Below are positions 61,701 through 64,000 of a stretch of DNA of 64,000 nucleotides, one piece after another. Both the position numbers and the translations under genes were made by a program. Below the pieces are notes generated by a model. The model worked only from the letters and a program-made list of their open reading frames with translations. It was not told the DNA's origin and did no database searches. The stretch covers positions 3,475,988 to 3,539,987 of the forward strand of contig CAJINV010000012.1 of assembly GCA_905178155.1 (NCBI GenBank), in the 5' to 3' direction. Position 1 is the stretch's first letter. Each line of letters starts with the position of its first letter. The DNA comes from Amoebophrya sp. A120 (Eukaryota; Protista; Dinoflagellata).

Positions 61701-64000
61701 TTTTGAAAATCTGTTCGGTGCAGCGGGAAAATCTGAGCACGTCCGGAGTTATCCACAGTAAATTTCCCGTACACGTGCAAATGCGGTCTCTGCATGGCAA
61801 GACTTGGCTTCGATCCTAGTTTAATAGCATGACAAGTTTCACACTCCAAATTGGGGAAATTTGTGATGCATCTTGTACATGTACGGGAATGGGAAATTTG
61901 TATTGCATAGGAGTGAATGGAAGCTCACTGGGCACCTTGTCGTTCCAGAACTTGCAGAAGCAAACGCTTTCTGGCATCGGAAATCATGCTGCTGGTGCAA
62001 GCAATACAAGAAGCAGCATCGGTGGAGCTGCCGGTGGTCCTGTGCCGCCGACAACTGGAGCTGTATCTACTGCATCGCCCGCCGTCGGTGGTGGTGTGAG
62101 CAAGGGCACTTTGCTGGGGGGAAAGAGTCCCATTCTCTCCGCTAGGAAGCTTTCCTTCACACCGAACCTGAACACGAAGACCGAGAATAACGAGAACACC
62201 TCCTCCGCCAGCAGCTCTAGCGGCGGTGCAGAGACGACCAGTGCTGACAGCAACCAACTTAACGTCAACAGGAACCAACCCCGGTCCGGGTCCTTCTTAG
62301 ACGCGAATTGGCGCACTGTATGATGATTTGCAAATATGTCTGGGTCTGGAAGATCCTAAACTTGTGATGCTGTCTCTGGATTCTAAACAAAATTGTGTAG
62401 CATGACCAGCAAGATGAGGGCTCCAGTTTGATGTCCTACGCGGAGAGGGCATTTCTCATGCGGTAGAGGCATCGCATAGCCGTCTGAAAATCTGTGATGC
62501 TAGGACATGCATCACAGACATCATGGGTCATGCAAAATGTGCATGTTGACAAACCTGGCAATCTTCCAGACACAGACATATTTGTAGTTGACACACTGCC
62601 ACGGATCACAAGAGTTTTCAGGATATGCTGTGCCAAAGTATCGTACTCGTAGTAATCGCAGTCATGCATTACAAATTTTTTTGTCAATGTAACTCCGCAT
62701 TACAAATTTCATTTCTCATGCTGAGGGAATTTGTCATGCATTTATACGAGTACGATACTTTTGCAATTCATACAGGAAGAACGGAAACGAAAGCTGTCCG
62801 CGGCTGCAGTGGAGTTCAATTTTGCCGCGGCGGCCGCGGGCACCATGGTAGCAGGTGGTGGACGAGGAGTTCCTCTTGGTGCGTCAACTTCTTCTACGGG
62901 AAAAATATATGCTGGTACTTCGACTTCCTTTCCCACCCCATGCACAGTGCCCAAAGTCGTCGTATCGGTACTACCCGCAGGATCAGCAGCTGCATCTACT
63001 TTCCATGCCGGAGCGACCGGCGCAGGAGCAGGTTCACAAACTGCGCCCCACGGCGCAGCTGTGGTTGGTTTCTCACTGGACGACGATGATGACGATGATG
63101 AAGAAGACAGCGAGACGGAAAACGATTCGCGTTCGGAATCCGCGGTAAGCTCCAGAACATCCAAGACAACCTCCACTACAAACAAGAACAACCAAGGAAT
63201 AAATGGTAATGGAAATGAAAGCTCGACGTCCACCTCCAAGGTCGTCGTGGATACCGATACCAAGAACAATCCACCGAATGGAGCGGTCGTTTCGATTGTG
63301 CAAGTGCAGGTGCCCGGGTCACCGGTGAAAAGCAAGAGTCATTTATCGGCGTCGGCGGAAGTAGGCTCAGCTGGCTCATCTAGTACGGGCAAAAGCGCCA
63401 GCTGCAATGGTCCTCTACTACAGGACGTCGCAGGAGATCAGCATAGTCCTCGCGATGCATCTTCATCAAAGACTGTTCAAAATAACCTGAACCTCCTTCA
63501 ACCTGTCAACTCCTCCGCGTCCAATGCCTCCAGTTCCCGCCGTGGCAGTTTTTCCGATCCTTCGATTCTCAACGCCCCGAACCTCCCCGGTTTCAACCCA
63601 AACAACTTGACCAATATGAACTGCAAAAGTATCGTACTCGTATAAATGCATTACAAATCTTCTCAGCATGAGAAATAAAATTTGCAATGCGGATTTGACT
63701 TAGCGAAAAGATTTGTAATGCTTGATTGGAATACGAGTACGATACTTTTGCACAGGATAACCAACCACGGGGACCAAAACGCGAATTTGCTCATGATGCC
63801 AAATCATCAAATGTAAAAATGTCTGGGTCTGGAAGAATGCAACTTGTAATGCGTATTTCAGAACACAGAAAAGTCTCTCATGCATACGTAGCAAAAGCTG
63901 CCCACTTTCTGTCAGCAAAGTAGGGGACTTGTCATGCGGATTCGGCATTGCGGAAGCTTCTCGAAACCTGTGATGCTAGAGCTTCCATGCCAGACCTTCT
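55716..64000 (+). CDS. Large NHL-repeat (beta-propeller) protein with low-complexity linkers; partial, continues beyond window
   Basis: NHL motifs: ANGIALYENDLFLADSMSHAIFRI; GFRDGPRALAQFNGPSGLCI..LYVADTRNDSIRAID; reassembled GYKDAAKGSDARFSQIRGICSIRNS|VFVADHWNNAVRCI|NL. Confidence 0.85.
56102..56272. mobile_element. Introner family I
   Basis: DR ctctg/ctctc, related to 61750. Confidence 0.8.
56383..56633. mobile_element. Introner family A
   Basis: DR cagtt. Confidence 0.9.
56684..56832. mobile_element. Introner family B
   Basis: DR gaaaa. Confidence 0.9.
57299..57551 (+). other. Probable canonical GT-AG intron (donor position uncertain)
   Basis: A phase-1 join G|GC restores the frame. Pyrimidine-rich acceptor ending tcag. 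Confidence 0.55.
57587..57838. mobile_element. Introner family A
   Basis: DR accac. Confidence 0.9.
57900..58049. mobile_element. Introner family B
   Basis: DR gtgta (extends to 12 bp). Confidence 0.85.
58579..58841. mobile_element. Introner, family J-like (degenerate)
   Basis: DR caaca/caaga, frame restored. Confidence 0.7.
59036..59299. mobile_element. Introner family A
   Basis: DR caaca. Confidence 0.85.
59354..59638. mobile_element. Introner family E
   Basis: DR acgcc. Confidence 0.9.
59699..59852. mobile_element. Introner family B
   Basis: DR cctct. Confidence 0.9.
59950..60205. mobile_element. Introner family A
   Basis: DR ggggt/ggagt. Confidence 0.85.
60240..60478. mobile_element. 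Introner family F
   Basis: DR gcccg. Confidence 0.9.
60568..60678. mobile_element. Introner family M (111 bp, shortest)
   Basis: TIR tatccaggagaaaacacccatcccc / ggggatgggtgtttttttctggatg, DR cattt/cgttt. Confidence 0.85.
60766..60946. mobile_element. Introner family B (degenerate)
   Basis: DR aattc/agttc. Confidence 0.8.
60995..61287. mobile_element. Introner family A
   Basis: DR gtatc/gcatc. Confidence 0.85.
61349..61627. mobile_element. Introner family E
   Basis: DR ccgct. Confidence 0.85.
61750..61909. mobile_element. Introner family I
   Basis: DR ggagt. Confidence 0.85.
62319..62593. mobile_element. Introner family A
   Basis: DR cactg. Confidence 0.85.
62624..62772. mobile_element. 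Introner family B
   Basis: DR cagga. Confidence 0.9.
63615..63759. mobile_element. Introner family B
   Basis: DR accaa. Confidence 0.9.
63805..64000. mobile_element. Introner family A (cut by window edge)
   Basis: catcaaatgtaaaaatgtctgggtctggaag. Confidence 0.8.

Noticed and set aside
3077-63948. Many short ORFs with recurring peptides (CKSIVLV, CKNVWVWK, FQTQTFLHL, PDPDIF, YEYDTFAQD) as a repeat-protein family
   Set aside because: They are translations of introner TIRs in various frames.
1-64000. tRNA, rRNA, or dinoflagellate spliced-leader relic (CCGTAGCCATTTTGGCTCAAG)
   Set aside because: None recognised by eye. A tRNAscan/Infernal run is needed to exclude them.
3106-64000. Group I/II self-splicing or tRNA-type introns
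   Set aside because: Too short, no conserved catalytic core or GUGYG..AY ends, and orientation-independent.

Overview
Eukaryotic nuclear DNA. The architecture strongly resembles the parasitic syndinian dinoflagellate Amoebophrya; this is an inference, not a database hit. About 10 protein-coding genes lie here, all on the + strand. They are interrupted by 73 short (111-689 bp) non-autonomous DNA-transposon-like 'introner' elements in about 13 families. Nearly all start TAT, end ATA, have family-specific terminal inverted repeats (TIRs) and are flanked by a 5-bp direct repeat (DR). For all 71 complete elements, removing the element plus one DR copy restores an open frame. The reconstructed genes include an INPP5E-like inositol 5-phosphatase with a CaaX box, a tandem BART-domain protein (15 introners), exportin-T (22 introners plus 1 canonical intron), a double NTF2-like protein and an NHL-repeat protein (20 introners, runs off the window). 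Only 2 of 71 elements can be read as GT-AG introns. They occur in both orientations, were seen only inside coding sequence, and share an internal GCAT(G/T/C)ACAA motif across unrelated families. Intergenic DNA holds a dispersed ~128-bp satellite, long GC-rich hairpins, a palindromic array, local duplications, non-LTR-like insertions and a 97-N gap. All coordinates were read by hand (about +/-2 bp).
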